A DNA stretch of 64,000 nt, from the NCBI RefSeq assembly GCF_009914755.1, contig NC_060935.1; one strand, written 5' to 3'. The notes beneath the pieces are model-generated. The model saw nothing but the letters and a program-made list of their open reading frames with translations, did not search any database and was not told the DNA's origin. Positions within the stretch are counted from its first letter, which is position 1, and the number at the start of each line of letters is the position of its first letter. Origin of the DNA: the human T2T-CHM13v2.0 reference genome, Homo sapiens. The translations under genes and the position numbers were made by a program. Of this stretch, positions 36,161 through 50,280 are shown in pieces.

Positions 36161-37842
36161 AGGAAACAAAGAAGAAAAGTAGGGAGGAGTGACTGTTAGA
36201 AGACAGAGAAGAAAAAGGGAGGCAGGCAGGGTACCTGCGATGAGGAAGGGTGAGACCTTCTTTGTCCCACTGAGCCCTGGAGGGACTAGATTGGTGTCAC
36301 CTCAGAACCCTGCCACTGGGAAGCAGGGTCTGTGCCAAACCATGGCAGGGCAAGGAAACGGTGGTCCAGGCTCCATTCAAAGGCTGGAGCAGAAGTGAAG
36401 AGAGAGAACAAAGGGAGGAGACTTTGGCACCCCACTTCAACAGCCTTTGTGCTGGCACCTACTCCGCTTGGCCACATGCTAGGACAGCTTAGCAGCGTGT
36501 GTCCCTGAGGAGCAGCCTGGGCTCTTCATGCACACACACACACGGACACGCATGCACGCACACACACACGTGAATCTCCCAGCCCAGTCACCCCATCTCT
36601 AGTTCCTCCCCTTCAGGCTGCAAAAGGGAAGGATGCCTGGCACCTAAGGCAGTTTGCCCTAGTCCGGAAAGCTCCCACCTGCACCTCTCCCTCCCTCCAC
36701 TTCCCACAGCTTGCCACCCCCAGGGCCTTGGGTCTGGCTTCTTTCTGCTTCTACCCAGCTCCTCTGGGGTGGCTTGCAGGTGCCCCACCTTCTCCAGCTC
36801 ACTTCTCCAGGTCCCTGCCGGCCATGCCTGAGACTTCACCTGGTAGATCTGCCTCTCAGTGCTACTGCTGCCCATTCTAGCCTCCACCACTCTCCCCTTT
36901 CAATTCCTAGGGCCCTATGGGGCTGGCTCCTTATTACACAGTCCAGTGTGTGTCTTTGCAAAGTAAGGACTGAAGAGCTAGAGTGTGCAGACATTGCCCT
37001 TATCGCCAGCCTCTTCTGAGAAAAACCACAACATGTTAGAACTGGAAGAGACTTCAGCAGCCATTGAGGTCAGCCCCCTTTGCCTGCACCTGCCCCCAGT
37101 TCTGCTTCCAAAGATCCAGAATCAAACACAGCAACCCCAGGTCTTCTCCCAAATGCCCTCCAGCTTCCACAGGATCCATGGTCCTGCAGAAATGCACAGG
37201 GGAGATGGGTGAGACCATCACTCTGCACAGGTGTGTCATAAGGAGTGCCACAGAAAGTTCAAAGATGCCCCAGAGCCCAGGATGAGACTCAAGTAGCCAG
37301 TGTAGCCCATAAGACACCTCCGCACACACACAACCCAGGACCTCTCCCCATCCCTGAGACACCAGGGCCAACCAGAGGGTCTTTTCCTCTCCCATGACTC
37401 CCCTTTGAAGCCCATCGTCCTTCCCAAAGGAATAAGAGAGCTTAACTCAGACTCTCTTCACTGGCTGAACAGGATATTGGACCACACATGCTCCACTGAG
37501 GGTCCTAGAAAATCCTCAAATTCAGAACCCAAATGGTACAACTGCCAGAAAGATATTGCCTGCCCCTTACATGCTTTTGCTCAGAAGACCACCTAGAGTC
37601 CCAGCCCAGGAGTAGTCCCAAGAGATGAGAGATGTTCCAGAGGGGACAAGGACACATAGTGTCTTTCCACCACCGCCTCTTCCATTCCTCTCTCCCCATA
37701 AGGACATGTGGCTCCTCTCAGCCATCCCTGTGTTTCATTCTCATTAGGCCCCAGAGGAGGGATGTCATTGCTCCTTAGTTCAACCGGAACAATAAGATAA
37801 TGAGGAGACACTTTCATATTTCCCAATCTGACTTCACATGGC

Positions 37843-38167
37843 TGTTGCAGAACTTTTCCTTAGTTCAGCTAAAGACGGGGTTCTTTGTCCCACAGCCATG
37901 AAAATTTAGGTTTGCAGACAATTTGAGTGATGAGTAAGACAGGGTTTTATTGGGTGAAAAGGAAGAAAAGGGGGAAACAAGGACTCTCACCAGGACAGAG
38001 TCCCTGCTACACGGCTTCCCACCTGGCCTTTTCAAATCTGTTTCCATACAGGAAGAGGAGAGGCCAGTCTCCTCCCTGCTGCAAACGTCATGAACTTCCT
38101 GAAACTTCACCTCAGTGGGCAGGCTGGTTGAAGTTCTCCAGGGACCCCCTCCCACCTGGCTGTCTCA
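37843..38167 (-). mobile_element. MER61 (MER61A-like) ERV1 solo LTR
   Basis: Reverse strand begins TGAGACAGCCAGGTGGGAGGGGGTCCC and ends ...TGCAACA; about 325 bp. Confidence 0.85.
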
Positions 38168-38539
38168 GCTGCAAGGAGGGACTGCATTGGGGATTGCTGA
38201 GAGATAAAAGTTTAACTCAGGTCCTGCCATCTCTCTTGGCCACCCAGCCAGCCAGGAGTTTAAGATTAATGACTGAGAAGAACAGGCTTATGGAACTCCA
38301 GTGGGTTGGCTGGAATTTGAAATGTCTATCCTAGAAAACAAGGAGTTTAAAGGAGCTCCAGGCTTAGAGGCAAGGAAAATTAACTAGGAGGATAAAGAAG
38401 TGGGAGATTGGCAAGATAGAAGCTAGGGATGGGCAGCTCCCTGGACAGGGCAGCCAGGCAGGATGTCGAATCTGGTGGCAGAATATCCAGCCCATCCCAG
38501 GGCTCAGAGAGTTCCAGCTTCTTCTCTCCTCATCCAGGG

Positions 38540-38780
38540 AGGCAGCAGAATGGAAAACTAGAAATGCTTTAGAGCAGGACAGACTGAGGCTCCAATCCTC
38601 ATTCCGTTGCTTCTGAGCTATGTGATCTTGAGCATATTACTTAAGGTCTCTGAGCCTCGGAGTTTTGCCACCTATAAATGGGAGTCACTGATACCTCAAA
38701 GTGTTTTGTAAGAGCTAAATGGGATAAATGAAAGCCCTGAAACAATTCCTGGCCTGTAACAAATGTTGGATCAAAGTAGG
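38540..38780 (+). mobile_element. MIR SINE
   Basis: gctatgtgatcttgagcatattacttaaggtctctgagcctcggagttttgccacctataaatggga. Confidence 0.85.
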
Positions 38781-38907
38781 CAGTTCTCCTTTAAATCACA
38801 TGAAATATCAGATCTTCTCAGGCCTCAGAGCTATTTAGCCACCTGCTCCCCTTTAATGGGAACAAAGGTCTCCTGAAGGACACACCGGTTATATGAGGAC
38901 AGCCCAC

Positions 38908-39250
38908 TTATTCACTCATTCATTCATTCATTCAACAATTGTTCATTGAGTGTTTCCTTATATGTCACGCCATAGGAATGTAACTGGACAAAATGAGGTA
39001 CCTGCTCTCATCCTTAACACAGACAATAAATGGGAGAATATGCAAAATACCAAGCAGTGATAAATGCTATAAAAACATAAAGCAAGCATGGGGAGAGAGA
39101 ATAATTGTTTTACACAGAACGGTTGGGAAAGACATCTCCAGAGAGGTGTCATTTACGGATACCTGCAGAAGTGAACGGCCAGCTGTGTGGGGTTATCTGG
39201 GGGAAAGCATTCCATGGGGGGACAGAGAGTGCAAAGTCCCACAGTGATAG
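38908..39250 (-). mobile_element. L2 (L2a-like) 3' end
   Basis: (TTCA)n tail cattcattcattcaacaattgttcattgag followed by L2 body. Confidence 0.8.
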
Positions 39251-40194
39251 CAAGCCCCAGTGAGAGATGCAGACACCAACTACTGATGGGTTTAGCTCAT
39301 AAGAAGGAGCACCCCTACCCATCAGGAAGAATCATGAAAGGCTCATAGAGACCAAGGTGTTGAAATTGACCTTCAAGAATGGGTAGTATTTTAATAGGCT
39401 TAGAAGAGGGACAGAAAGAATCCCAAAGAGAGCACTGCAGCCCTCATGTTTTTGGGATCTAGCTCACTCTCCCCCAAAGAAGGGCTTGCGAAAGTCACAC
39501 CACCAATTAGGGAAGTCAGAACATGAATCTGTCCTCCTGAAGCCCAGTCAAAAGCTTTCTAACTGGATGAGTCCTTATTATTCAAAATATATGTAAGTCA
39601 GCTCCCTGGAGAGACTGCAAGCTATCTGGGGTCAGAAGCCCATTCCTTGCCAACCTCATTACTCCCAGAGCCTACCATGACACTAGACACAGTAGGAGGC
39701 TATGACCAGTTCTTGTTTTGACTTGAACTCGCACGTCCCCCACAGGGCCAAACACCCTTACTTTCCTCTAACCACACCCGTGCATTCGGCACAATGCCTT
39801 TCTTAGCACGTTCTGGGTCCCTTGATCCAGAGAACAATCTGCCTGACTGGATTTACTGACACTTACCACCCCAGAGGGGCGTAAGGTGACTGCCCAGGAA
39901 TTCTGACCAAGTCTTGCTCATCTTCATCGGAGTCTCTGAGCATCGCAGCTGCCAGGCAGCCAAGCATTGTGTCGCAACTCTGCAGAAGTGCCACACACAC
40001 AGTGATTAATACCCTATCTCCTAGCAAGTAATTATAATTAATGCAGAATATCAAATCAGGAAATCAGGCATTATTAGGAGGAATTAACTATTTATTTTCA
40101 TTTTACGCTCTGCTCTCCCCCACCTCACCTCCCACATCTCCACCCCCACCTCCTATTTCCAGGTCTGAGCTGGAGAAGAAGAGCGCAGCTAAAA

Positions 40195-40530
40195 CTTTCT
40201 TCATTCCATACGTGTGTAGCAAGCACCTATGTTCCAGGTCCTGAATGGGGCTTTAAAAAGACAAAGAGCAGCACAGTTCCTATTCTCAGGGAGCTTATAA
40301 TCTAGTGGAAAGCACGCTTCTCAGGTAATTAATGGCAGGGATGGGAGTAAACAGAAACTGCAGTGGCGGCTCAGGAGAAGAAGCACTTGACTCTGCCTGA
40401 GAGGGCCCAGGAGGGCTTCTAGAGGAGGTAGCATTTGAGCTGGGCCTGGAACGATGGGCAGCAGTTTTCCAGGTGGGCAAGCAGGGGAAAGGGCATTCCA
40501 GGCAGAAGCCCTAAGATACAAGAGAAAGTG
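40195..40530 (-). mobile_element. L2 3' fragment
   Basis: gcacctatgttccagg...gagggcttctagaggaggtagcatttgagctgggcctggaa...gggcattccaggcaga. Confidence 0.8.
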
Positions 40531-41979
40531 ACTGAAGAGCAAACGATCCAAAAAGGGGAATGAGGAGTGAGAAGGCTGGGCAGGGAAATGGGGCCAAAGT
40601 GGGAGGGGCTGTTAGCCCACCAGTGCCTGGGAAGCCAAGAAAGAGCTGAAGGAAGCCCCAATCAGATTCTGGGCCAGGCCCAGGAGGTGAGTTCCAGAAG
40701 CAAATATCTGGGGATCAGGAGAGACGAAGCAAAGTCTAAGAGCATGGGGGTGCAGCTGGTCGTGCAAAGAGACTCAGGCTGGAAGTGGAAAGGGGTCTAG
40801 CACTGGTTTCTCCTACTACATTCCTTTCAAGAGAGGCTCAGGAGCACCCTCCAGGCATCTGGCCATGTTTAGCAGTCCTTGCTGATATTTAGCTGGGAAC
40901 AAAAAGAAACACTGAGTCAGAAATAGGGAGGGTAATTAATTAGACTGTAAGCTCCAGGAAAGCAGGGGCGGCAGCGCAGCCTATGCTCAAAGGGCATTTG
41001 ATGATTAGGTAACTGCTTGAATCAACAACTTCTGACAGCAATGTGGAGAACGCATGGCAGCAGATGGAGGCTGAGGTCTAAGGAAGCTACAGCAACATTT
41101 CCAGAGGCAGGTGGGGCAAAGGTACAAAGACCCAAGTAGAGATCCTCTGGGTAGGGAGAGGATGCCTGGAATGGATTTGGGAAAGAATCTGGAAAAAGGA
41201 CCAGAAGAGAAGCCCCGTGACACTATCAAAAAGGGCCCCCAAATGTCCAGATTCCTCACCTCTGCTGCTTTGTCTCAGGAAAGCATAAAAAGGGGAGTGG
41301 GATCCCCCAAGGGCCAAGACAATTGCCTTCTGGGGAAGACACAGTTGGAATTCTCTAATCCTAATCACAGTAAATTAAAGAAAGACGAGAGGAGTAATCC
41401 AGCAGACTAGCTTCAGGCAACTGGACTCAGATGAAGAAGAGTGTCTTGAGAACAAGGAAGTGTGTGGGAAATCTGGAAGGTAGCAATAAGGCCTAAGGAC
41501 TAAGCATTTCAGGATGGATGGCTCCGAGGCCTGGAGACATAATATCTAGGGTATGTCCTCCAAGGAGTTTTTGCAGCGGGGTTCTGATGCTTTGGAAGCC
41601 AGAGTAGGTCAGGCCTGCCCTATCTGACCAGTTTCTCTGGATCCAAAAAGCCTCTTCCCAGCTTGAAGGGCCGGATAAATAAGAACCCCATCAGATGACT
41701 GCTGTCACCCCTTTAAGACTGGACACACAAGACCTGAATATAAGGACCTTTGACACTAAGACCCCGTGGTATTCTCAACCCAGAATATCTAGTTAGGGAG
41801 GCAGCCTTCAACACAGGTCTTTGGGATCAGGGTTATGGCCTCTCATAAATCAGTCTTCCTCTAGCTTCAAAAGCAACTTAGGCCAGTACATTTGAACGCA
41901 GCTTAACTGTCTTATAGCTCCATTACTGAGTGTCTAAAGCTTTATCTTACAGATATCTAGCTCTAACCTCGACAGAAAA

Positions 41980-42090
41980 GCATTCTCTCCATTTTTCAAA
42001 TGAAGAATCAGGCTCGGAGAAGTGAAATGACTTTGCTCAGTGTCACGTGGTGGCACTCAGTGTCCAAACCCAGCTCTGGCTGACTCCACA
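41980..42090 (-). mobile_element. MIR fragment
   Basis: ccatttttcaaatgaagaatcaggctcggagaagtgaaatgactttgctca. Confidence 0.7.
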
Positions 42091-43409
42091 GTCAGATACA
42101 GGGTGTCTTTGAGTGGTCCTATCTACCTTAGTTTAGGTATAAGTAGCAACTGTAGCCCAAATTCTATTCTGGGTGAAAATTATAAAGTCCATTTTGAATT
42201 GGCTATGGTTTTGCCCCACCAAAAAGATAATCAGCTTTTCTCTAGTAGCTACCGTTATCAAAACATTGTTCTAGTCTTTTGATATGCATTGTTTGATCTT
42301 AGATCCTTCCATCCCAGCTGCCTGTGTCCAGCTTTAGAGTTCAGCTCGTTTCAGACCCAGGTCCCACCTCCTCTTTCTTCTCCCACCCCTGACTGGGTTC
42401 CTGAAAGTCTGTTTTCTCAAATCTACCCTGTTCCTTCAACCAAACTTGAGAACCACCTGCCCACCCCATCCCACGCCATCTACCACTCCTGACTGTACAA
42501 CTGGCCACAAAAAAAAAAAAAAAGGAAGTCCATCTTATCTCCCATAGCTTCTGCTCCAGGCCCCAATCAAGCTACATAACACACCCCAGCAGAACCCTGA
42601 TTCTCCTCTTACACTGGAATTCCCACAAGAGATCCTGTCTACAATTCTCTCTTGCAACATAACTCTCACCCTAGCAATAGAGAGAAAGACTGTCACCCAA
42701 TAGCAAGAATCAGACTGAAATAAGAAATGCACATCATCACCTTTAAACTCAAAAGAAATATAGAGGGTTACCAAAAGAGGGAAGACAAGAGAGGAAACTG
42801 GTCTAGAAGTCTCCCCAAGTCCCCATCATTAGGGCCCCCATTGCCAGAGGGAGGCGAGCCAGCTGATTAAAAAGCAACCTCTCCTATAGAGAGCTGGCCC
42901 CCAGCTGATAACCCCAAGCAAGTCAGCCCCTTGGATGATGAATAACTTGGCTTGGCCACCCAGTAGAGGCACTGCACCCAATATGCTGTAGTAGAAATTG
43001 GGGCAGCTCGTTCAGGTTAGCTGAGCCTTAAATTCCTCATCTGTACACTCAAAATAATAATCTCAGCCCTGCCTACAGGAGAGGGTTATTTTGAAAATCC
43101 AGTGAGATCTTGGATGCAAAGGTGCTTTGGCTACTGGGAGAGGAAAATGGAAAGGAGGAAAGGAACTTATATATATAAGTCGAAAGGGCTCAAGCAAGAC
43201 CATGTGGTGTCCCTCCAATCTGCCAGGTAGTATTCATTCTGAAAACACACACAGTACTTGCTGTGCTTTAAGGCAGAAGTGCCAGTGTGGGGCAATGGGG
43301 CTTCAAATTGCATGCTTAGACATTGGTGAGGTTATGTGCACACAGAGCTAGCCCACCCCTCACTACTAGATGAATAGGTAGCAGGACTTGAAAGAATATG
43401 AGTACTAAA

Positions 43410-43590
43410 GACAAAGACTTAGAGTCCAAGCTATGTCACTGACTTACCTGAGCCTCTGTTTCCTCATCTGGAAAATGGGAAGAAGATATCTCACTTATAG
43501 GGTTTTTGCAAATTTTTAAAGATTATGTTAAATAATTTATGCCATGTGCCTGGCACAAATGGTAGTTGTTCCTATAATAGTGATGATAAC
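43410..43590 (+). mobile_element. MIR SINE
   Basis: ctgagcctctgtttcctcatctggaaaatggga...gtgcctggcaca. Confidence 0.85.
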
Positions 43591-44990
43591 AATAATTTCC
43601 CCTTTGCTGCTGTCTCATCCCTAAAGGTAAGGAGGCAGCACTGAATGGCTATTGATGAGAAATCCACAACCCACCTTAAACAATAGGCAGCTACTGGGCC
43701 CTCAATAAGCTCACTAAGCATGAAATTGAGCAAGAATACTTATGTGTCTACTTGAATGCTAATGAGGCTCTAACTAGGAAAGACAGGATGTCTGTGGAGT
43801 TCCCACGCTGGTGATGGGGCTGGCAGGTTAGAAAATGAGGTAGAGGGAGGAAGAGCAGTAGGGAAGCTATTGTCCAGGTCCCAAAAGCCAATAGCTTCTG
43901 CCTGGTGGTGTCCCTGCAGGCAAGTTCTATGAGCCTGTTGAACACTCCTTTCCAGCCAAACATTAAACACTCAACAAACTCAGATGTGGCATTTCTAAGA
44001 CTGGAAGCATCACACTCATGGATTTCCAAGTTTGGAAGGGTGACCCCGGTAATCCCTAAGAAATGGTCACCATGACCTGGAAGGAGGTCCACCCCAGTGG
44101 GACAGCTAGGAAATGACAGCAATAGCTTCAGCAGAGAACTAGCTTTAGATCACTCCGGAAGGGGGTCTCCAGGTGAAACTTTACAATGAAAAGAAGTAAA
44201 GAAGAAAGGGAAGAGGGGAAGGACTGGGATAGACTGACTGAACAGTTTTAGTGGATGGAACATCAGAGAGAAAACAGAGATAGTAAAAGGGAAAAGCAAC
44301 AGGTGTCAGAACAGAAGGGAAAATGTGTTCCTGCTTGTGTACGGAAAGGCAAACAGGAAAGGAAAGAAAGTAGTGTTTCTTAAGCCCCAGCTTTATGCTG
44401 GACAGCATGCTGGGATGGTGATAGACATTATCCTATCTATCCTCCAAACATCCTGGCTAGAGCAGTAAATTATTACCACCATCTCAGAGATGAAGACAAT
44501 GGGACTTTGGGCCACTGAGTAACGTGCTCTGTTAACTTTCCTTTTTTAATTCTCCATTCACTTTTAAACAAAACAACAATGAAAATGTTGATGTTTAGAT
44601 ACCGACACCTGATGAAGAAAAAATTCCATGGCTACATGATCCATTGTGGGGTTTTTCCCTGTTGTTTCAGTTCCTGATTTCCTACTTCAGCCCTTTCCTT
44701 TTATCTGTGAACTTTCTGATTCTTGTTTGTAAAAAAGACATACTCTTATTAAAACAGTTAAATGCAAACGCAAATGTCACATAACCCTTATTTTTAACAC
44801 TTCATTAAGCACATGTTTGTAAAAGAATAAATGCCTAGGTTACAAAATTCAAGACCTTTCTCAAGAATCCTAAACTTTTCATCAGCTCACCCTGAATTTT
44901 GATTTGGCATCAGAGCCTTGTGCCATTGAATTGACCTTGACCTTAACCTTGCTTAAGGCACCCATCAACTCCTTCTCGCTTAGTGGCAAT

Positions 44991-44992
<2 letters not shown>

Positions 44993-45030
<38 letters not shown>
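44993..45030. repeat. (TC)n microsatellite
   Basis: About 16-17 TC units. Confidence 0.95.
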
Positions 45031-46239
45031 TTCTCCCACCAACTGTTTAGATTCCCCTGCTGGGCCTGTTTAAGTCAATCAGAAGGAAAGCCTTAATTTG
45101 CCTTTAAATCTGTATTTTCAGAGCTCCTGCATTCTTTCCCTTCACAAAGCAAAACAGAGCAGCAAGGGTGCAGAGCCATCTGTATCCAACCCCTCCCGCC
45201 ATGAGGGTTTATCTGCCAGTTTGCCTCTGTTTGGCTCTCTAGAGACAATCCCTCTCCTGGCTCAGTCTTTGCCTGTATAACCAGCACTATGCCAGGTAGG
45301 GCCTCTCCACCCCCAGTCAATCTCCACACCCAAATGTTATCCCTGATGTATGACTGAGATCCACCTTGTTCATAACATTTTCCCGGATCTCCTAAGACCT
45401 CCACTCCAAATCTGAAGAACCTCTTCTTCCCCTGAATTACTTTGCCATTTCCAGAATCTTTTAGCACTTTTGACTTGCAGTAAGTACAGTTGTTACTTTT
45501 CTTTCCTTTCTTCCAGACTGTAAGCCCCTTGAAGGCAGGACCTATGTCTAATCTGAAGGAAGTTCGGCTTCTCTCTCTAGGATCAATCTTAAAAGGACAA
45601 GGCTTACATCTTTTGCAGATTTCTCGTATTCAAAGCTGAGCATTCCCCTAAGAAGGACCCTTCCCTGGAAGCAAATCCCATAAGGACAAGGACCTTTGTG
45701 TCTTATTCACAGATATCCCCAATGTGTGGGCACTCAGTTAATACATATTTAACAAATACTGTCTATAGGCTAGGATTTCCTAGGATTGTTCGTGATTTTT
45801 GCATTACTGCTTATCACCTAGGATCTTGCATCCCCCTTGACTAGGATCAGATTTCTGGCATTAAGTCTTTTTTACTGACTAGAACGTTCAGCCCCTTTTC
45901 ATCTGCTATTTGACTTCTTAAAGTTAGAACTAGAGGCAACATTATTTGAATGCAATACCTGTCTACTTCCATGACAGCCTATTGCCCAGTGATGCCATCA
46001 GACATATGAAATTAACAGATTTCTTTATAATTATTTTACTAAAGGTTCTATATCCTTTATGTGACATTATATGAAAACATTACTTAACACATAAAGAATA
46101 GTTGATAAATGCTTGCTTTCCTTCCTTCCTCATACAGAACATACAAAACAAGATTTAAATAACATTTGTAGTGGAGATTTAGGTTCTTTCCAATTGGTGC
46201 AAAGGGGGGATGTATGAGTGCAGAGAGATGCCTATGAAT

Positions 46240-47030
46240 GTAGGATACATGTAAGGACACACGTGAGTCTAGGTGTAAAGGACAATCAGAGAAGGCTTTT
46301 AAGCAAGGAACCCAATGGAATTCGATTTACATTTTTAAAAGACCCCTCTGCTATAGTATAGAGCAAGAGCAAAAGCATTTAGGAGGCATCCAATGTCTAG
46401 GCTCACGATGATGGTGGCCTTGCTTACAGGTAGTAACGGTAGTGCTAACGAACACATAGACAAGTCTAGAATGTATTTTGCAGGTAGCACTAACAGGACT
46501 TGATGACAAATTGGATGTGGAGATGTAAAGACAGTAGATAAATCAAGGGTGATCCCAATTTGAGGGCTGTGAACAAATGTAGGTCCTATTATTAAAGTGG
46601 GGGAGACTGCTGCAGAAACAATTTGGGAGTTGAACTAGAAAAGGAAATCAAGGATTCTGTTTTAGACAGGACACAAGCAGTTAAAAGCTCAATCTGGCTC
46701 TCATGGGAGTGGAGAGCCATTAGCATATAATCTAAAATCATGAATCTGGCTGAGATTAGAGGAGTATGGAAAAGCAATTGCCCCAGGACCTAGGCTAGTC
46801 CAGCAGAGGCCACTGAAAAGTGACTCATGAGACGGAAAGAAAACCAGAGGAGGGTAGTGTCAACGAAGCCAAGGAGGGGAAGGCATCCTCACATATTTAA
46901 TGAACATCCAACTCTCCACACTATCAACACTGAAGGCACCCAGTTAGGCACTGGGATTACAGAAACGAACAAGGCACAGCCCTTACCTTCAAAGAATTCA
47001 CAGTCTAGAGGAATAAGAGGTAACACTTAG
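46240..47030 (-). mobile_element. L2 fragments
   Basis: gaaggcttttaagcaagg...atttacatttttaaaagac...tattttgcaggtagcactaacaggacttgatgacaaattggatgtgg. Confidence 0.75.
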
Positions 47031-49186
47031 GAAATGGGAAATTTAAGTGGAGTTTCTTGGCAGTACAGATTCTGATTCAACTACAGCAACACCAGAAAAA
47101 AACAAAACACGAACCAATTGAAAAGGAAAGTTACAGCTACAAGATAATAGTTGCAATCCTTCTGCTTTATGTATAGATCAGCAGATTTTTAGATGTATTA
47201 AACACAGGCTGTGTCACAACCTACAGGTTGCTGAACTTGTATCCTATTCACAACCTCTAAGAGGCTTCAAGTCTAGCAAGGAAGCCTTGCAACAGAGGGA
47301 CTATCAGCCACCCAGTGGCATTTCGTGTCCCCAGCAAATCAGCCTGAATGGTGAGAGTAGAGAGAGAACGAGATCACACGGCAAGTCACACTTGATCTTA
47401 CCATTATCCCTCAACACAAGTGCACGAGTTAAATCCTGTTAGAATAATGACAGGAACAGCCCAAAGACAACGTGTCATCTCAAAGAAGCAATACCTGGAG
47501 GTTCACTGAAATTGGATCGAGGCAACTACCACTGAATTTTCTTAACAATAGCCATGGGGTGGCAGGAGTTTGGGCAATAGATTTTCTGTCCCAATTCCCT
47601 GCCCCTGAGCTATAGCAGAAGCCACATCAGTCATCGCAACAAGAGGAAGACTAACGTTCTAAAGAAACAACCAAACTCTCTATACAAACACTGCCTCTGG
47701 CGCAGAGGCATACATTAAAAGCTTATAATAGATTCTGTACACATTTAGAGCTAGAGCTTTCTGAGGTTCTCTCAATCTAAAAGTAGCATCTCGCCAAGGT
47801 AGAAGTGAGGTAATCATTTGAACAACAAGCATGGGAGGTGGGAGGCTGGTAAGTGGCATTTTCCCTACTGTAGCCATTTTGGATGTGTTAACCAGAAGGA
47901 CAAAGCCACAAGCCATCAGGGACCAGGGAAGAGGAGATGGACAGAGGAAATGCGTATCAAGGGTGCAGAGAAGAAGAGGGGAAGGTACAGGGACAAGCTG
48001 TTGCATTAGGAACATACTTGTACCAGGAGAATTTGTTTTTAGATATTAATTTTGTGTTGTGACTTTTTATATTTCTCTCTCTCCCTCCAATTTCAACCAG
48101 GTAACCTTAGGCTTTTAAATCCTTGCTTCAGCTTTCTGACACTGTCGTGGCAGAAAACTGAAGCTATCTAAAATCCATTTAGTTGATCATTCCAGCTGTG
48201 TAGGGGGAGGAGGAAGGTGCCTATGAGAAGCAGACAAGTGAGAAAGGAGATTTCCCAAGTCTAGGAAGGGGACAAGGGCCAATGTCCTCTCAAGCAAATA
48301 GGTACCAGGCCCTGCTCTCTGGCAAGACACTAGGAAAGTGGCAAAAGTTAAGAAAGGAACAAGAGATCTCATTCCCTTTCCTGCCCAACCATGAAATGAA
48401 GAAATACCACTGGTCCTAATCCAGGCAGACTTGTGACTGATGAGCTAGAAAAACCTTCTCAATGCCTTGGCCAACTAAGACATTGGAACCAGGCAGCAGT
48501 AAGGAGCTGCCAGGGTGACCAAAGTTGAAGCTCAAAAGTAAACACACTGGCGTAGCCTACTACCACATGACCTAAGCAACAAGTTAGAGGCATCATGAAT
48601 AGAAAAAGTTTTGGGTTTTACAACCAGCCTTGACCTTTATTAAAAGCCTCATGGACTTCATAGACTGTCTGCCTATGGTAGAGCAAGCTAGCAAATTAAC
48701 TGTGCCAGGACTGGCACACCTCCAGACAGTTTTTTCTCACCCCTCCAGATAGTTTTCCCGATCCCTAACCTACAACGTGACAGTCATTCCTCTCTCATCT
48801 AAACTCTGGTTGGCTGCTTTAGGCTGAAATTCCCTGGACAGCTACCCTTTGATAGAATCTTTACATTCCAAGATTTGCAGGACATGTATTGCACATTTGA
48901 TTTTATCACTTCCTCAGTCAGACTCCAAGGAATAGATGCATACCCACCAAGTTCCCAAGAAACAGATTTTAAAGCTCAACTGCTACTTAATGCCTTTGCA
49001 ATAATCAATTTGCCAGCCCAAGTTATCTATGTGGGACTTGCTCTTCTTGGCCATACAACACAACAGAGACCAGAATAGAACAGACCTTGGGAAACACAGA
49101 ATCAGAAAAGAGAAAATATTGTCTTACCCAAAGGATATTGTATATATATAAGGGCAGGACTAGAGGAGGATAACACCAAGGCAGGC

Positions 49187-49234
<48 letters not shown>
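49187..49234. repeat. (AGAT)12 tetranucleotide STR
   Basis: 12 perfect AGAT units preceded by AGGC units. Confidence 0.97.
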
Positions 49235-49269
49235 CTTGATGTTATCTGCCTCTAGTCTAGAATAACTAA

Positions 49270-50280
49270 CAGGATAGAACTATCCCATCATAGAGTCACT
49301 GACAACGAAGTCATGCTAAACTAAGCAAATTTTCTATTTTGATAGGGTGACCAAGAGTAAGAACAGGAGGAAAGAATGGCATATCATACACCTTGACCAG
49401 TAAAGTACTTGACAAAGTGTCATAATGTCCACATCAACCAGACAGAAAATGTGCACAGGATGATAGGATGACTAGGTAAACCCATCACTGCATGACCAAC
49501 TAGAGTCACACTCTGCTTGGCTCCACCCCATTCAATGTTTTTTTAAATAATGAAAACAAAGACATAAAAGTAGTGTCCCTCAATATGTGTCAATACTACA
49601 AAATAGAGAGGTATAGCTAGTACTGCCTGAGTGAATTAAGACTCAGAACTGTCTCAAGAGATAGATATTGTTTTTAAAAATGAAATTTACTAAGAAGGGT
49701 TCGTAAATCTTGCACTTAAAAGAAATCAATATCATTAAGTATAAAATGAAGAGCCTCATCTAGTAACAGTATGAGTTTTAAGAAAAATGGAAAAAATAAC
49801 AGGGATTCAGGTTTTTCTTACTATGACCTCCTCAGTCTGCATCAACTCAACTACAGTCCCCAGGTAAGGATTTAACAGTATCCTCTGTGCCTAGCTGAGT
49901 ACCACTGTGGTACTATATTTCAGGGGGACAAAATGACTTAGAGCAAGTCCACAGAAGAGTGAGCAAAATTATGAAAGGACTTGAAAACATATTTTATGAA
50001 GAATGGTTGGGGATGGGGAAATGATTGAAGTAGCCAAGAAGGCTCACAATAGTTCATGGGGATATTTGCTTGCTTGCGTCTTATATTTATGCACAGGAGA
50101 GATTTTGCAATTTAACAGACTACTAAAGGCTGAACTAGAACCCATGGGTGCTAGTTATAAGACAGACGGATTTCAGATCAATAAAAATAACTTTTTAAAT
50201 TAATCACAACCACCCTACAGTAAAATAAACTACCCTATGAAGTAGAAAGCTCTCAGTTACATGTGGAGCCCATCTGTTAT
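49270..50280 (+). mobile_element. L3/CR1 LINE remnant (RT region to 3' end)
   Basis: 49308 onward translates KSC*TKQIFYFDRVT, followed by a degenerate IIHLD..KVLDKVS; these match the CR1 RT motifs KSCQTNLISFFDRVT and IYLDFSKAFDKV. Later L3-like text: gagcaagtccacagaagagtgagcaaaattatgaaaggacttgaaaac. Confidence 0.75.
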
